64,000 nucleotides of DNA from Leucoraja erinacea (lineage: Eukaryota). Of this stretch, positions 50,301 through 62,600 are shown piece after piece (positions within the stretch are counted from its first letter, which is position 1; every line of letters starts with the position of its first letter). The position numbers and the translations under genes were made by a program. The DNA is taken from contig NC_073402.1 of NCBI RefSeq assembly GCF_028641065.1, forward strand, positions 15,314,001 through 15,378,000, given 5' to 3'. Below the pieces are notes generated by a model. That model was not told the origin of the DNA. It saw nothing but the letters and a program-made list of their open reading frames with translations, and ran no database searches.

Positions 50301-50482
50301 GACTACGTGAAGAACCCCGCCAGGACGCATGCGTGTCATATCGCTACACGCATTGCGAAACAGTCAGGTGGGGTGGAACGACGTTCCCCCGCAGCGGCAA
50401 GTTTAAAAGCCGGGACCTGCAGGTAAGAGATACTCTGCGGTCTTTTGTGTTGTTCCCATACTGTTTTACAGGTGGGGAGTCA

Positions 50483-51075
50483 ATGGACAAGTCCAAGCAA
50501 ACAATGAGGGCTGTGACAAAGCTGGCAGGGGAGGACCGCGGCGTTGCGAGCAGCCAGCAGCAGCCAGCGGCACATGAATCACCCGTAATGGGAACAGCTG
50601 TGCCCGACTTCGCCCCCGCACCGGCCAGATCCACACCGCAGCCGGGCGGTAAGGCAAAACAAAAAACCAACAAAGTCGTTAACTCAGATGAGTCCGACTT
50701 TGAGCAGCCGCGAGCGGCCAGTGACCGTGAGCGCTGGAGCCGGCTTGTGGAGCAGGTGCTCCAACGTGACAGGCTCCGGGAGATGGAGTCCAGTCACTAT
50801 GGGCAATATATCACACCCACAGCAGCACCTCTTGTAGGGCTGCACAGCACCTCTTGTAGGGCTGCATCTCCCTCGTCAGAGGGGAGTACTGGGGGTCAAT
50901 TCTGGGCTGATCCTGAAGAGGGGTTTGCAGAACAGAAATCAAGTGTGCAAGGCGGGCAGGAACATGAAAATCTACTGGACATGGTGTCCAACTTCATACA
51001 GCCAGACCAGACTGGCCAAAACCTGGAACAAAAACTAGCTGCCAGTATTGATTATATATCCTTTAAGCAGCTTCA
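50483..51075 (+). pseudogene. DIRS ORF1 (gag-like) N-terminal part, truncated by an internal deletion
   Basis: Low-complexity ORF from MDKSKQ in the ORF1 position; it runs into RNase H sequence in another frame near 51075. Confidence 0.6.
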
Positions 51076-51711
51076 GGGTTATATCACCAGCATGTTAGAC
51101 TACAGATTGACAATACCACCGTGGTAGCATATATCAACCACATGGGTGGAAACAAATCAACATCATGTGACAATCTGGCTAATACAATTTGGCAGTGGTG
51201 TATCCAGAGAAATATTTGGATATCAGCTACTTACCTACCAAGTAAACTAAATTTAGTGGCAGACACCAGGTCACGCAAATTTAATGAAAACACCGAATGG
51301 ATGTTGAATAAAAAAGTATTTGCTGGTATTACAGCATGGTATGGAACACCAGATATCGATCTATTCGCATCCAGACTTAATCACCAGTTATCAAACTATG
51401 TTTCATGGGAACCAGACCCTGGGACAGCAGTGACAGATGCATTTTCGCTGCATTGGGGGAAATTGTTAATTTATGCATTCCCTCCTTTCTGCCTCTTCAG
51501 TCGGGTATTAAGGAAAATACAGCAAGACTCTGCGTCTGGTATTTTGGTAGTACCCGATTGGCCTACTCAACCATGGTTCCCTGTGATACTCGACATGGTA
51601 TTAGAACCATGTATCACCATCCCGAATAGACCAGATTTATTGGTTCATCCCGTAACAAGGGATAGCCACCCATGTCATAACTATATGAATTTATTAATTT
51701 GTAGAGTCTAA
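51076..51711 (+). pseudogene. DIRS RNase H C-half plus DNA N6-adenine-methyltransferase-like domain
   Basis: HVRLQIDNTTVVAYINHMGG...YLP..LNLVADTRSR (RNase H); DIDLFAS, DAF..HW, YAFPPF, LVVPDWPTQPWFP (MT-like). Confidence 0.9.
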
Positions 51712-51719
51712 AAATACCT

Positions 51720-52682
51720 CTACTACAGCTGGGACTGACGGACCGAACAGTGAACATTATTTTGGTGGCCCACAGACAATCCACCAAAAAACAGTATCTG
51801 GTATATATCAGGAAATGGGAGATGTATTGTCACAGAAACAGCATCACCTACAGATCAATGAACATCCCGTCTGTTCTGGAATTCCTGGCAGGCCTCCATT
51901 ATGATGAGGGGCTCAGTTATAGTGCCATCAACTGCGCCAGAAGTGCCCTGTCAACATATCTATGGCAAGGAACAGAGCGTCATTCTGTTGGGACTCACCC
52001 ACTGGTAACAAAACTTATGAGGGGAATTTTTAATATCAATCCCCCAAGAACCAGGTACTCTCAAATATGGGATGCGAGTAGTGTCCTGACTATGCTAAGG
52101 AATTGGTCTCCAGCAACAGCTCTGTCCCTACAAAGACTGACACTGAAAACAGTCATGCTGATGGCTTTGGTCACGGCACAAAGGGTACAGTCGTTACATA
52201 AATTAAGACTGGACAACATGACTTCTTCATCTGGGAATATAACGTTTCATATTTATGAATTAGTCAAGCAGAACAGACAGGGATCAGCAGGCCTCAATAT
52301 AGAATTTAGGTCTTACCCGACAGATGATCGTCTCTGTATAGTAAGACATTTGTTGTTATATATGGAGAACACGAAAATCATCAGAGGCAATGAGATGGCA
52401 CTTCTAATCAGCCACAAGCAACAACACAAAAAAGTGACGGTCCAGACCATCTCAAGATGGCTGAAACAGGTTCTAATACAGGCTGGGGTGGATACTAACA
52501 TTTTAAAATCTCATTCCACCAGGGCTGCACCTACATTGGCAGCGATGCAGTTGGATGTAGCAATGGACCAAATCCTCAAGACAGCAGTTTGGTGAAAAGA
52601 AAAAACATTCCAACTATTTTATCATAATCCAGTAATTAAACTTGGAACGTTTGCAGAAACAAATTTAAGTTCTGTAATATAA
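51720..52682 (+). pseudogene. DIRS tyrosine recombinase with a premature stop before the catalytic Tyr
   Basis: ST.KQY...W, LMALVTAQR (R), HSTR (HxxR), AVW, then TGA at 52593-52595. The frame continues KEKTFQLFYHNP to TAA at 52680-52682. Confidence 0.9.
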
Positions 52683-55216
52683 TTTCACCCCATAAATAGG
52701 GGCTATAATTTGGTGTTAATAAATTTATCATGGATTTCAATGTCGGATTCATGTCTAAATTAGGTTAACACAATTCCTCCCACAGTCATTAAGGCAGATG
52801 TGATGCATGGACACGTTTCCACGGCATGAAATCACAGAGCTTTGAAATCTTCACGTAGTCACTCATGTGACTCCGAAGTAAAATAGTAAGATTAAACGAG
52901 AACTTACCAGTTCGAAGTTTGATCGTTATTTTATGAGGAGTACGTTGAGGGAATACGTGCCCTCCGCTCCCACCTTTGATCATATACTCAACTGGTATCT
53001 TCTTCTCTAATCTTACTATGTTCAGTCATTACAGTTATCTGTGATTTCACACCGCTGCTTTGAAGAATGACACGCATGCGTCCTGGCGGGGTTCTTCACG
53101 CATTCCCTCAACGTACTCCTCATAAAATAACGATCAAACTTCGAACTGGTAAGTTCTTGTTTAATCTTACTATTAACCTTCAAACCTGTACGTCTTTGAA
53201 GTGTGGAAGGAAACCGGTGCACCCGGAGAAAACTCACGTGGTCACAGGGAGAATGTACAAACTACGTACAGACAGCACCCGAGGTCAGGATTGAACCGGG
53301 TCTCTGGCGCTGCAAGGCAGCAACTCTACCGCTGGGCTACTGTGCTGCCCATGATTTGCTGCTTCCCAAACCATCCACAGGAATGCCCTCAGAATTTCCT
53401 GCCTATCTGTATTGATAATCCGCCTCTGAAACCAAACATTTACAAAACGTGACACTGTGTCACAGCAGACAACTTACAACAAGATCAACGAGAGCTCCAC
53501 AACGATCATGTTTAACACCTCCCTTTTCTCTTGCATGCTGGTGTGTAAAAGTGGGAAGGGAAGGAGAAAGGAAAGAGGCAATGCTTAGAATTTAAATAAA
53601 GGATTAGGCAGAGCATTCATTAATACGTGCTTTTACCTCGTATTACAGTGAAGAAGTAAGAAATCAGGAGAAGTCTCATCCTGGCAATACTTTCCCATTT
53701 TCAATTGAAACTCCAATTTATGTCTGTCTTCTGTTACATTCAGTCAATGGATAATAAAGATGTCATCACTTTAATGATCCAGTTCTTCCTGTCAGTCAAA
53801 GGTCCAGACCACAGGGTTAGCATGTCAAGTGCTGAGCTATGCCCATGTGATCCTCCTCCTTGAAATAGACTGCAGTCTCTTTGCCGGGAGTGTATCCTTT
53901 AGTCAAATTATTTTCCAAGAATATAAGGGTGGGGCTCATTGTTTTTGATAAATGCCCAATTAGTCCCACAAAGACTCGTTCCTCTTGACCGGGGCCAAGT
54001 CAGGATTATAATGCAATACCAACCAACCACATGGATAGATGTAATTGTAGCAATGGTTCATGATTCTCCCAGGATTATGTGGTGCATTTGATAAGTGGTC
54101 GTACATTCACAAATTCTGCATTTAACTCTTCCACTACTGTGGCTCTGTGATGTACCATCTATGGATTATACTGCAGTTACTCACCAAATTTACTCATAAC
54201 ACCTCCCTGTTCTTCAAGCATGCAAGGTGGAACAAGGAGGACACAGTAATAACATCACCTTCTTCTCCGTCATGCTTGTGGTGTCTTACAAAACCATTTC
54301 CAAAGTAATTCAATCTGCAGAATTATATTGAAGCTCTAATTCAGATTAAAAATTATTATTATTTATATCAGGGTACAATCAAATTCCTTGTTCGCATGAA
54401 ACTCATATTGTACATGATGATAGATACAACAGTAAATCTGGTGTTATTTTACAAATAAGTAAACAAAATGATTGAAAATCCACCATGCTAGCATTGGAGC
54501 TATGTAACTCAATGTTTATTATCCATAAATCTTTAACAGTTATTCTGTTTTGATTTTAATTTTTAATGTAAACTTTAAAGTTCTATGTTTGAAAATTCTG
54601 GAAATATGGCTGGTGAACTACCAATGATTAATCAAAAATGATTCAGCACTTCATTCATGAATGCAAACACATCAGTTGATGTTTAATGCATGTGTGCTTG
54701 GAGACCATATATATTGTTGTGTACGCATGCTCACCTTATGATGCAGTTGCACATATGGGTAGCTATCACTGCAGAATGCATTTGGATTGGATCCCATTGA
54801 TCTGAAACAATCCATCCTCTAGCAAATAAGCTGATAGAACTAAATTTCAGGAACAATACATAATAAGCTACTAGTAAGTGCATATCTGGTGTAAATAGAG
54901 GATGTATTTCTACCTCTATACCACTGTTTCTCTCTCCATCATTGATGTCTAACTTTCCTGAACTTACTCTTTTTTGGTGCTGATTTTCAGAATCTGAAGC
55001 ATTTTACTTTTGTCCTTTCAATGCAGGCACTGCATTCAGAATCAGGTGTAAAGATTGGGTTGTTGATTAAACACAGTTGAAAAAAGTAATGAACACAGTT
55101 GCAAATCAACATGTTAAACTTTTACTGCTTTGATTTTGAGTCTTCATGAAAGAATGCAGATTTTGTAGTAAAAACAAAGTTTCGCACAATGGTGCCAAGG
55201 ATCACATTGAAACTCA

Positions 55217-55401
55217 AAGGTAGACAAAAGTGCTGGAGAAACTCAGCGGGTGCTGCAGCATCTATGGAGCGAAGGAAATAGGCAACGTTTCGGCACGAAA
55301 CGTTGCCTATTTCCTTCGCTCCATAGATGCTGCTGCACCCGCTAAGTTTCCCCGGCACTTTTGTCTACCTTCGATTTTCCAGCACCTGCAGTTTATTCTT
55401 T
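55217..55401. mobile_element. Near-perfect palindromic Penelope-derived element
   Basis: Symmetric about ~55294; 16-bp TSD ATCACATTGAAACTCA (55201-55216, 55402-55417). Confidence 0.8.
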
Positions 55402-55669
55402 ATCACATTGAAACTCACATCTTTTTCAAGCTAACGCCACAGCGTTACATCAGAGCTCCCCCAAACCAATACACATTGTCTCCTACCACTGCCACGGCCT
55501 GAATACCTAAACAGGGTGGAAAACTGAGCTAGTACTTCCCTAAACCCTGGATGTCAGGAGCTTCTCAAGTCCCTGTAATCCTTACATTACAAACCCTCAC
55601 ATTTCCTTTACTGGGTTGCTTGAAAAGGCAGTGCATTCCTTCCTTTATAAAGACCATTGAATAGGAGAT

Positions 55670-56149
55670 AGACAAAAATGCTGGAGAAACTCAGCGGGTG
55701 AGGCAGCATCTATGGAGCGAAGGAATAGGCGATGTTTCAGGTCAAGACCGTTCTTCAGACTGATATCGGATATCTCTCCATACCCCCTGATCCCTTTAGC
55801 CACAAAGGCCACATTTAACTCCCTCTTAAATATAGCCAATGAACTGGCCTCAACTACCTTCTGTGGCAGAGAATTCCACAGATTCACCACTCTCTGTGTG
55901 AAAAAGGTTTTTCTCATCTCGGTCCTAAAAGACTTATCCTTAAACTGTGACCCCTTGTTCTGGAGTTACACAACATTAGGAACAATCTTCCTGCATCTAA
56001 CCTGTCCAACCCCTTAACAATTTTGTACGTTTCTATAAGAAACGTCGCCTATTCCTTCGCTCCTTAAATGCTGCCTCACCCGAGCTGAATTTCTCCAGCA
56101 TTTTTTGTCTATCTTTGATTTTTTTCAGCATCTGCAGTTCTTTCTTAAA
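55670..56149. mobile_element. Penelope-derived foldback enclosing a CR1 fragment
   Basis: Arms ~55670-55762 and ~56039-56149; tail-less CR1 piece ~55775-56038 (-); TSD CATTGAAT(A/T)GGAGAT (55655-55669, 56150-56164). Confidence 0.75.
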
Positions 56150-57393
56150 CATTGAATTGGAGATCATTTTTTGGTTTTTAACTCACTTGGCATAATACGT
56201 AATGTTGGTCTCTGCATGGTTTGCCCACTCCAACCTTGGACCGTAACTCCAAGTGCACAGTGAGTGGGTCGAAGGGCCTGTTTCCATGCTGTATCTCTAA
56301 ATTAAACTAAAAGCAGGGAACAAAGTTAGATCCCAAGTTAGTAACTGCTTAGATGACCAGGGCAGCATTCTTGTGCTTTCTTTCATCCTTACATTCATTG
56401 AAAGCACAGCAGCAAAAAGGAACATATGCACCAATGCCCTTGGGCACAATTTATGCTCTCTGTTGAAACTCAGCCTAGTTTAGAGTGTGCGATGTCTACT
56501 GGGATATCCATTACATCATTGCTATCTTACATAAATTTGAGGTTATCCGTGACCAACAACATGACAAGGATAGAATCCAGATGTCCAATGTTAGCTTTTC
56601 CAAGAAAACATTAAGCTCTTGATTTCCTTTTTTGGCAATATTGCATAGACTTTTTGCAAGGTTAGACTCAGACTTAAAGGACAGTTTGTGATGCACACAC
56701 ACGCGAATATACGTGCAAACATGTACACACACATGTACACACACGCTCCAGTAGAAAATACATATTAAAATGTCTTTGTTTCTTCCTGTAAACATCGCAA
56801 AACATTTTCAAATTATCTGTTTCTATTAACCAAAATGAGTGCAATTTCCAGACCAATTTAGGTAATTAGTTTTCAAGAAGGAACTGCAGATGCTGGAAGA
56901 TCGAAGGTACACAAAAATGCTGGAGAAACTCAGCGGGTGCAGCAGCATCTTTGGAGCGAAGGAAATTAGTTTAGTGAGATTAAAAAATATTTGTGTTTGA
57001 TATCACAATGGTATGTTGTTCTAATTAGCACAGAAAATGTTACGTATTAATATTAAAAGTACTTTAAAAGTCAACTGCCAACCCACCTTTTGTATTATTA
57101 TCTTGCCGACATTACATTAATGATTGTACTCGCAAAGACTAGTTAACTTAAAGGAGGACTTTAATGCAATTCACTGTGAAATCACTATCTTAATTACAGT
57201 TTTTTTTATCATGTTTCATATGTACGAGACCAAACTGCCTTAAAAACGTCAGTTACAAGCTCCTCCTCTCAAAGTGATGATTTACCTTTCACCATAATAT
57301 TTAATGTTGCATTTTAAACGACTGCTACCAGGATTTATGGGGTTAGCAACTAAATAATTTTAATCATAGGGTACTTTTAAGATTGTGGGCAAT

Positions 57394-57716
57394 GCAAGGG
57401 TGGCACAGTGGCACAGCTGTTGCCAAACAATGCCAGAGACCCAAGTTTGAACATGACCTCGGGTGCTGTCTGTACGGAGTTTGCACGGTCTCGCTTTGAT
57501 CACGTGGGTTTCCTCCTGGTGCTCCTGTTTCTTCCCACATCCCAAAGACATGCGGGTTTGTGGGTTGCCTGGACTTTGTAAATTGTCCCCAGGGTGGAGG
57601 AAGTGGATGCAGAAGTGGGGGGAAAACATAGAAATGGTGTGAACAAGTGATTGATGGTCAGCATGGACTTGGTGGACCAAAGGGCCTGTTTCCATCCCGT
57701 TTCATTCAATCAATCA
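57394..57716 (+). mobile_element. V-SINE (older copy)
   Basis: tRNA-like head, V-domain and CR1-like tail. Confidence 0.75.
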
Positions 57717-58689
57717 AAGTACAAATTTGTTGTAAATAAATGATGCTATGCTTCATTTGGAAAAAATACTTATCACAAAGATATTACTACAACAAATATA
57801 GAAAATGCTGGAAATGGTTAGCTTGTATGATCCTATCTTGGGAAAAGAAGAAATCCTTTGTTTGAAACATTGACTTTTTTTCTTTTCCCACAGATGCAGC
57901 CCGACCTGGTATTTCCAGCATTTTATGCTTTTATTATAAATTTCCAGCATCTGCAATTAAAAAAAAATCCCATTACTTCAACAAACTATTTTAATGTAGT
58001 ATAATTACCTGGTAGAACTTGCCTCCAGTTTTTGACCTGTCAACCAAATTCATGGCATGTGCTGTATCAGTAAGACAATGTTTTTGCACAAAGTCTGATT
58101 GATTTGTGTGTGTGGGTGTGTGGGTGGAGGGGGGGGGGGGGTTGACTATCAGTTAAGGAAGGTGATGAACTTAGTGGGTCAATACTGGAAGTAATTTCAA
58201 ACTTGCTTTTCGGCAGCAAGATGATCCCTGTGGTCGGGCTGGATTCAGTACAGGAAGGATGAATGAATAAGTTTATTGGCCAAGTATATTCACGTACAAG
58301 GAATGTGCCTTGGTGCTCCACCCGCAAGTGACAACATGACATAGAGGGACAGTTAGGAATGACACAAACATTAAACATTAATAACAAAACATTATCGATT
58401 AAAATGTGACAAATTTAACCGTGGGGATGTTATTCGATCCCCAACTCTCTTCAAAATGCCTGAGCAATGGGGAGAAGTGGGGTATCAGGTAGGAGCAGAT
58501 CATCACCATTTTAAAGTAAGTTGTTTAGTAGACAGTGATCATGTAGGAATCGTGATGGGCAAGGGCAGGAATGAGGAAAGAACACACGCTGCTCTGACTG
58601 CTTTGGAAATCCGAATTTCACATTTACATTTCCCAGCCTCGTTGAATCCGCGCCCGACATGCATCACTTCAGCATTCAATACCTGACTT

Positions 58690-59004
58690 GGGCAGCAAGG
58701 TGGCGCAGCAGTAGAGTTGCTGCCTTACAGAGCTTGCAGCGCAGGAGACCCGGGTTTGATCCTGACTATGGGTGCTGTCTGTACGGAGTTTGTACGTACT
58801 CCCCGTTACCGCGTGGGTTTTCTCCGAGATCTTCGGTTTACTCCCACACTCCAAAGACATTCAGGTATGTAGGTAAATTGGCTTAGTAAATGTAAAAATT
58901 GTCCCTGGTGTGTGTAGGATAGTGTTAACATATGGGGATCGCTGGTCAGCACAGACACGGTGGGCCGAAGGACCTGTTTCCGCGCTCTATCTCTAAACTA
59001 AACT
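58690..59004 (+). mobile_element. V-SINE (HE1-like), full length
   Basis: GGTGGCGCAGCAGTAG A box, GGGTTTGATCC B box, V-domain, GGGCCGAAGGACCTGTTTCCGCGCTCTATCTCTAAACTAAACT tail. Confidence 0.85.
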
Positions 59005-59199
59005 TGGCTGGGCTAACACTGGTGATTTGTCAACAACTGAATCATCCCCTCAGTTATAATTCCCTCTACCACCAACTGGTTCACACGGAGGTGTCAACAT
59101 TCTGTTCCTTGCATCCCCCAACCAATGTTCTGATTCTTTCGCCTTTCTACATCTCTGTTGTGAATGTGCAGAGTATTCAGTCACACTTCAAACAGTAAC

Positions 59200-59660
59200 C
59201 AATGTGGTGAAGAAAGCATTTGGCAGTCAGTGTCTTTTTTTTTTAACTAAATACAGCAGTTGGGACATGATGTTACAGTTACACAAGACATTGGAAGCCC
59301 ATATGAAGGTTAAAGAATTCTGTGGGGGCATAAAGAGTGTAGATACTCACAATCATAATCATGGTCTTTTTCCAAAAGTAGCTCTTAATTAAAAATAAAA
59401 CTAGAGGGCATAGCTTTAAAGTGAGTGGCATGATTTTTCATGCGGGCATGCGGAACAAACATACATGGAACAAGCTGCAGAGAAAATGGCAGAGGCATGT
59501 ACAATTAGAACATTTGAAAGACACTTGTGCAGATACATGGAAAGGATGTGAGAGATATGGGCCAGAGACATGTAAGTGGAACTCGAGCTCAGTTAAGCAA
59601 CTTGGTTGGCATGGATGAGTTGGGTCAATGCCTGTTTAAGTACTAAAACTCTCTGACTTT
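59200..59660 (+). mobile_element. Old CR1 3' fragment with deletions
   Basis: VVKKAFG, SWDMMLQLHKTL, CTAGAGGGCATAGCTTTAAAGTGAG and a degraded 3' UTR. Confidence 0.65.
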
Positions 59661-62600
59661 AATGGACATTATCACTCTTTAAATCCGACCTTCTCTAAAT
59701 TCATTTATCTGCACTTGACCTTACAATATACCTGAAGAGTACAGTACAATCCTCGACCCATTCCCTTTCCCTTCAAACAGAGCATTGTTTTCACTGGGTC
59801 AAAGCAACATGCCACGAGTGGACACATCAGCTCAGTGCACAATGCTGCTGATATACACTTTGGCACATTACAGTTCAACCTTACACAGTAAATATCCAAA
59901 CTTTGGACCTATTCTCTATGGATACAACATTGAAAAATCAGGGTGTGCACGTTGCCAGAATTGGAGAAGTTCAGAGAATTTTTGCTGAAGAAATTGAAAC
60001 AATCCCATCCTCTCTTTCAATATTGCTGTGCACTTCTCACAAAGTGATGAGGAACTAGGAACCCAACTTTTTTTCCTCAGGTTGAGGCCAGAGACCAATT
60101 GGTGTGGCCCATTGGTCATTGTGTTGTGTTGTACAAGGGAAGCTTTGTACAAGGGAAGACCATTAATTCTGCTCTTCAGTATCTTATCCTCATCTTGGCA
60201 CTGGAATGGATGTTCGCATTTAATGAAAGGACAATATACAAATGGGATAAAGTGAAATCAGGGCCAACAGAAAGTTCAGGCTAATTTCTTTATTTTTGTG
60301 CAAGCATTTTAGAAAAAAAACATAAATGAAAAAGTAAGTCAGTCAGGCAGAAAAACTAAACTAAACAGACGTTTTAATGCTACAGTGCATATGTTAAACA
60401 ATGCACAAATACTCTGACTTACCAGCATCAAAGCTTTTACAAGTGTTATATATGAATTTGGCTTAAGTGGTTAATTAAAAAAAAAAACTTGACATGCATA
60501 ACATTCTGCTATATGTAAACTCTCTTGTGAGGCGTGGGACTGGCCCACTATTCCCAATAGTATTTGGTTACAAATCACGTGATCAAAACAGGAAAAAAAG
60601 ATTTCAAAAGAACAACAAACAACAAGAAAAAAAAATCAATGCGCACACACACACCAACATTTGGCAATTTTACACTTTTTTGTTTGTTGTAACATCAAGG
60701 GAATTTCCATGAGGGGATAAGCAGGAATGTGTGTACCACAACACAGAAGCCATCACCAAGTTTCCATTGTTGGTGGACTATTTTATTTTACTTTTAGTTT
60801 TCTCACACATTCATTTTTTATGCACTGTTCCAATATCATAGCTTTGGGTCGCAGGGTGGTGGAAGGAGGTTTGATTCTGCCAACGGTTATTGTTTTTTTT
60901 GGGCACTAGTAATAAATCTTTTGGGCTTCTGGAATTTGTTGGATAAGAAGGAGCATACCAGGTTCATGTGATGTACATGTAGGGAGCCAAGTCATTTAAA
61001 GTTTATTTTGTACACTTTGAGGCGTCTCTCCTCAATAACAAAGTCAGTTTAAGTAAATGGTATTTGATAAATCACGATCAAGTCTGAATGTCCTCAGCTG
61101 GCACTTCTAAATACCTGGTGATGTCTGATATTTGTTGCGGTTTTATGGCAAATTATTCCTTCTTGAGTGCAGGACTGTTGTGGCTAACTTAGTCAGCTAA
61201 TAGAATAGAGATCATGACAGGATCTGTGCTTGCTGTTAAACATTTTATTGAGTGAAAGTACTGCAAATATTCCATGTTGTATGTGATAGTTGGAGCCATT
61301 TTGCTATTCAGTCATCCCACCTGCAACAATGTCAAAGAGCACATTCATTGAAAACCATTCTGCAGTACCATTACTGATAGATCAACTCGAACCAACTATT
61401 CTACCCCACCCTTCTACCTGTAGTTAGGACATATCACTTCAGCAAGGGGCTCAATTGAAGAGTTTGACAAACCAAGCTCAAAGATTCACTGGATTGATGA
61501 AACAAAGTCAAATCCACAATACTTATGGTGATTTGCGGCTCACCCCATTGTGTCTCTATAATGATTAACCACTGTACAAGTATCACACTGAGACACACAA
61601 TTACCGGGAACTATTGTGAATTCCTCAAACAGGAAACTTGTTACAGTAAATACAAAAAAAAGATGACTATATCTGGACATATGAATGACAAACTACAAAC
61701 CTCTAAATCAGAGAGTTGAAGTGTTTGGAATTGTATCAACTCATCTGTAAACAAGAACTCCGTCTCAGTAAGATTTTAGACTGAAGCCAGTGACGCAGCA
61801 CCAATGTTTGCATTTCCAATCCTTTAATCCATCTACTTCTGAGCAGTTGAAATGTAACTTACTCATTGACTTGATAGAATCAGCTTTCAGTGAAACTCAG
61901 CAACTTATCTTATGAAACTAGTGAAGATATAAACCTCCTAGTTTCAGTGAGAAGAGTGTTCAATATTGCTGTAGGGCCACATCTGTGGCCAAAACAGATG
62001 ATAAAAATCTAGTTGTTGCTTTTAAAATTATTGACAAAGCAGCCAATTGATGATTAATATTGCACATCTCTACATTATATTACTGCTTGTAGAGCGTTGT
62101 AACCATGTCTTTCATTAGATGAAAAGAAACCCCACGTGCACAGAGCATCTTCCCTCTCTTTTTCTCTGACACTGGTCAAAACAAGAAAAAAAGCAAGTGC
62201 CAATTTCAACATTGGGTGAAATACAACATTCCAAGCATGGTGGACTATTAACTTTAAATCTCTTCAAAACAAGTGCAGCCATGCACTTCTAACCCATTTG
62301 AACCCACTGAGCCGCATCACAACACCCAGGCAAAGGAATGATGATGAACCTTGCAAGGTCGGGTGCAACTTTGCTAAATACCAACAGGTGGAACGGGCCA
62401 GGTTTTTGTTTCAAATTTATCGAATCTTCCAAATTGGTGGACACAGAGAAGGCACAATCTGCTGTACAATGTGTAAAGGGCATAATCACTTGATTGCATA
62501 TTCGCATAACAGAGTTTTAGAGAAGAGATTAGGCAAGCATTGATTGAGTGATCTATTAATTGATCCTAAGAGCTGGGGAATTGTTCAATCCAATCGCGCA

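Larger units (their letters stand above)
50280..53174 (+). mobile_element. DIRS1-type tyrosine-recombinase retrotransposon, RT-deleted
   Basis: 34-bp inverted repeat core (50306-50339 / 53067-53100); internal complementary region 52848-52959 matching both termini; gag-like, RNase H-MT and YR ORFs; ATT at both junctions. Confidence 0.95.
50195..53350 (-). mobile_element. V-SINE split by the DIRS insertion (pieces 50195-50279 and 53175-53350)
   Basis: Joining the flanks restores AAGCCAATTAACCT.CAAACCTGTA, as in the intact copy at 43215-43238. Confidence 0.85.

Noticed and set aside
51121-52595. Methyltransferase plus integrase read as a prophage, restriction-modification locus or bacterial contamination
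   Set aside because: Domain order, ITR/ICR structure and seamless insertion into a vertebrate SINE identify it as a DIRS retrotransposon.
58690-58770. tRNA-like A/B boxes
   Set aside because: They are SINE heads continuing into V-domain and CR1 tail sequence, not tRNA genes; the same holds for the other copies.
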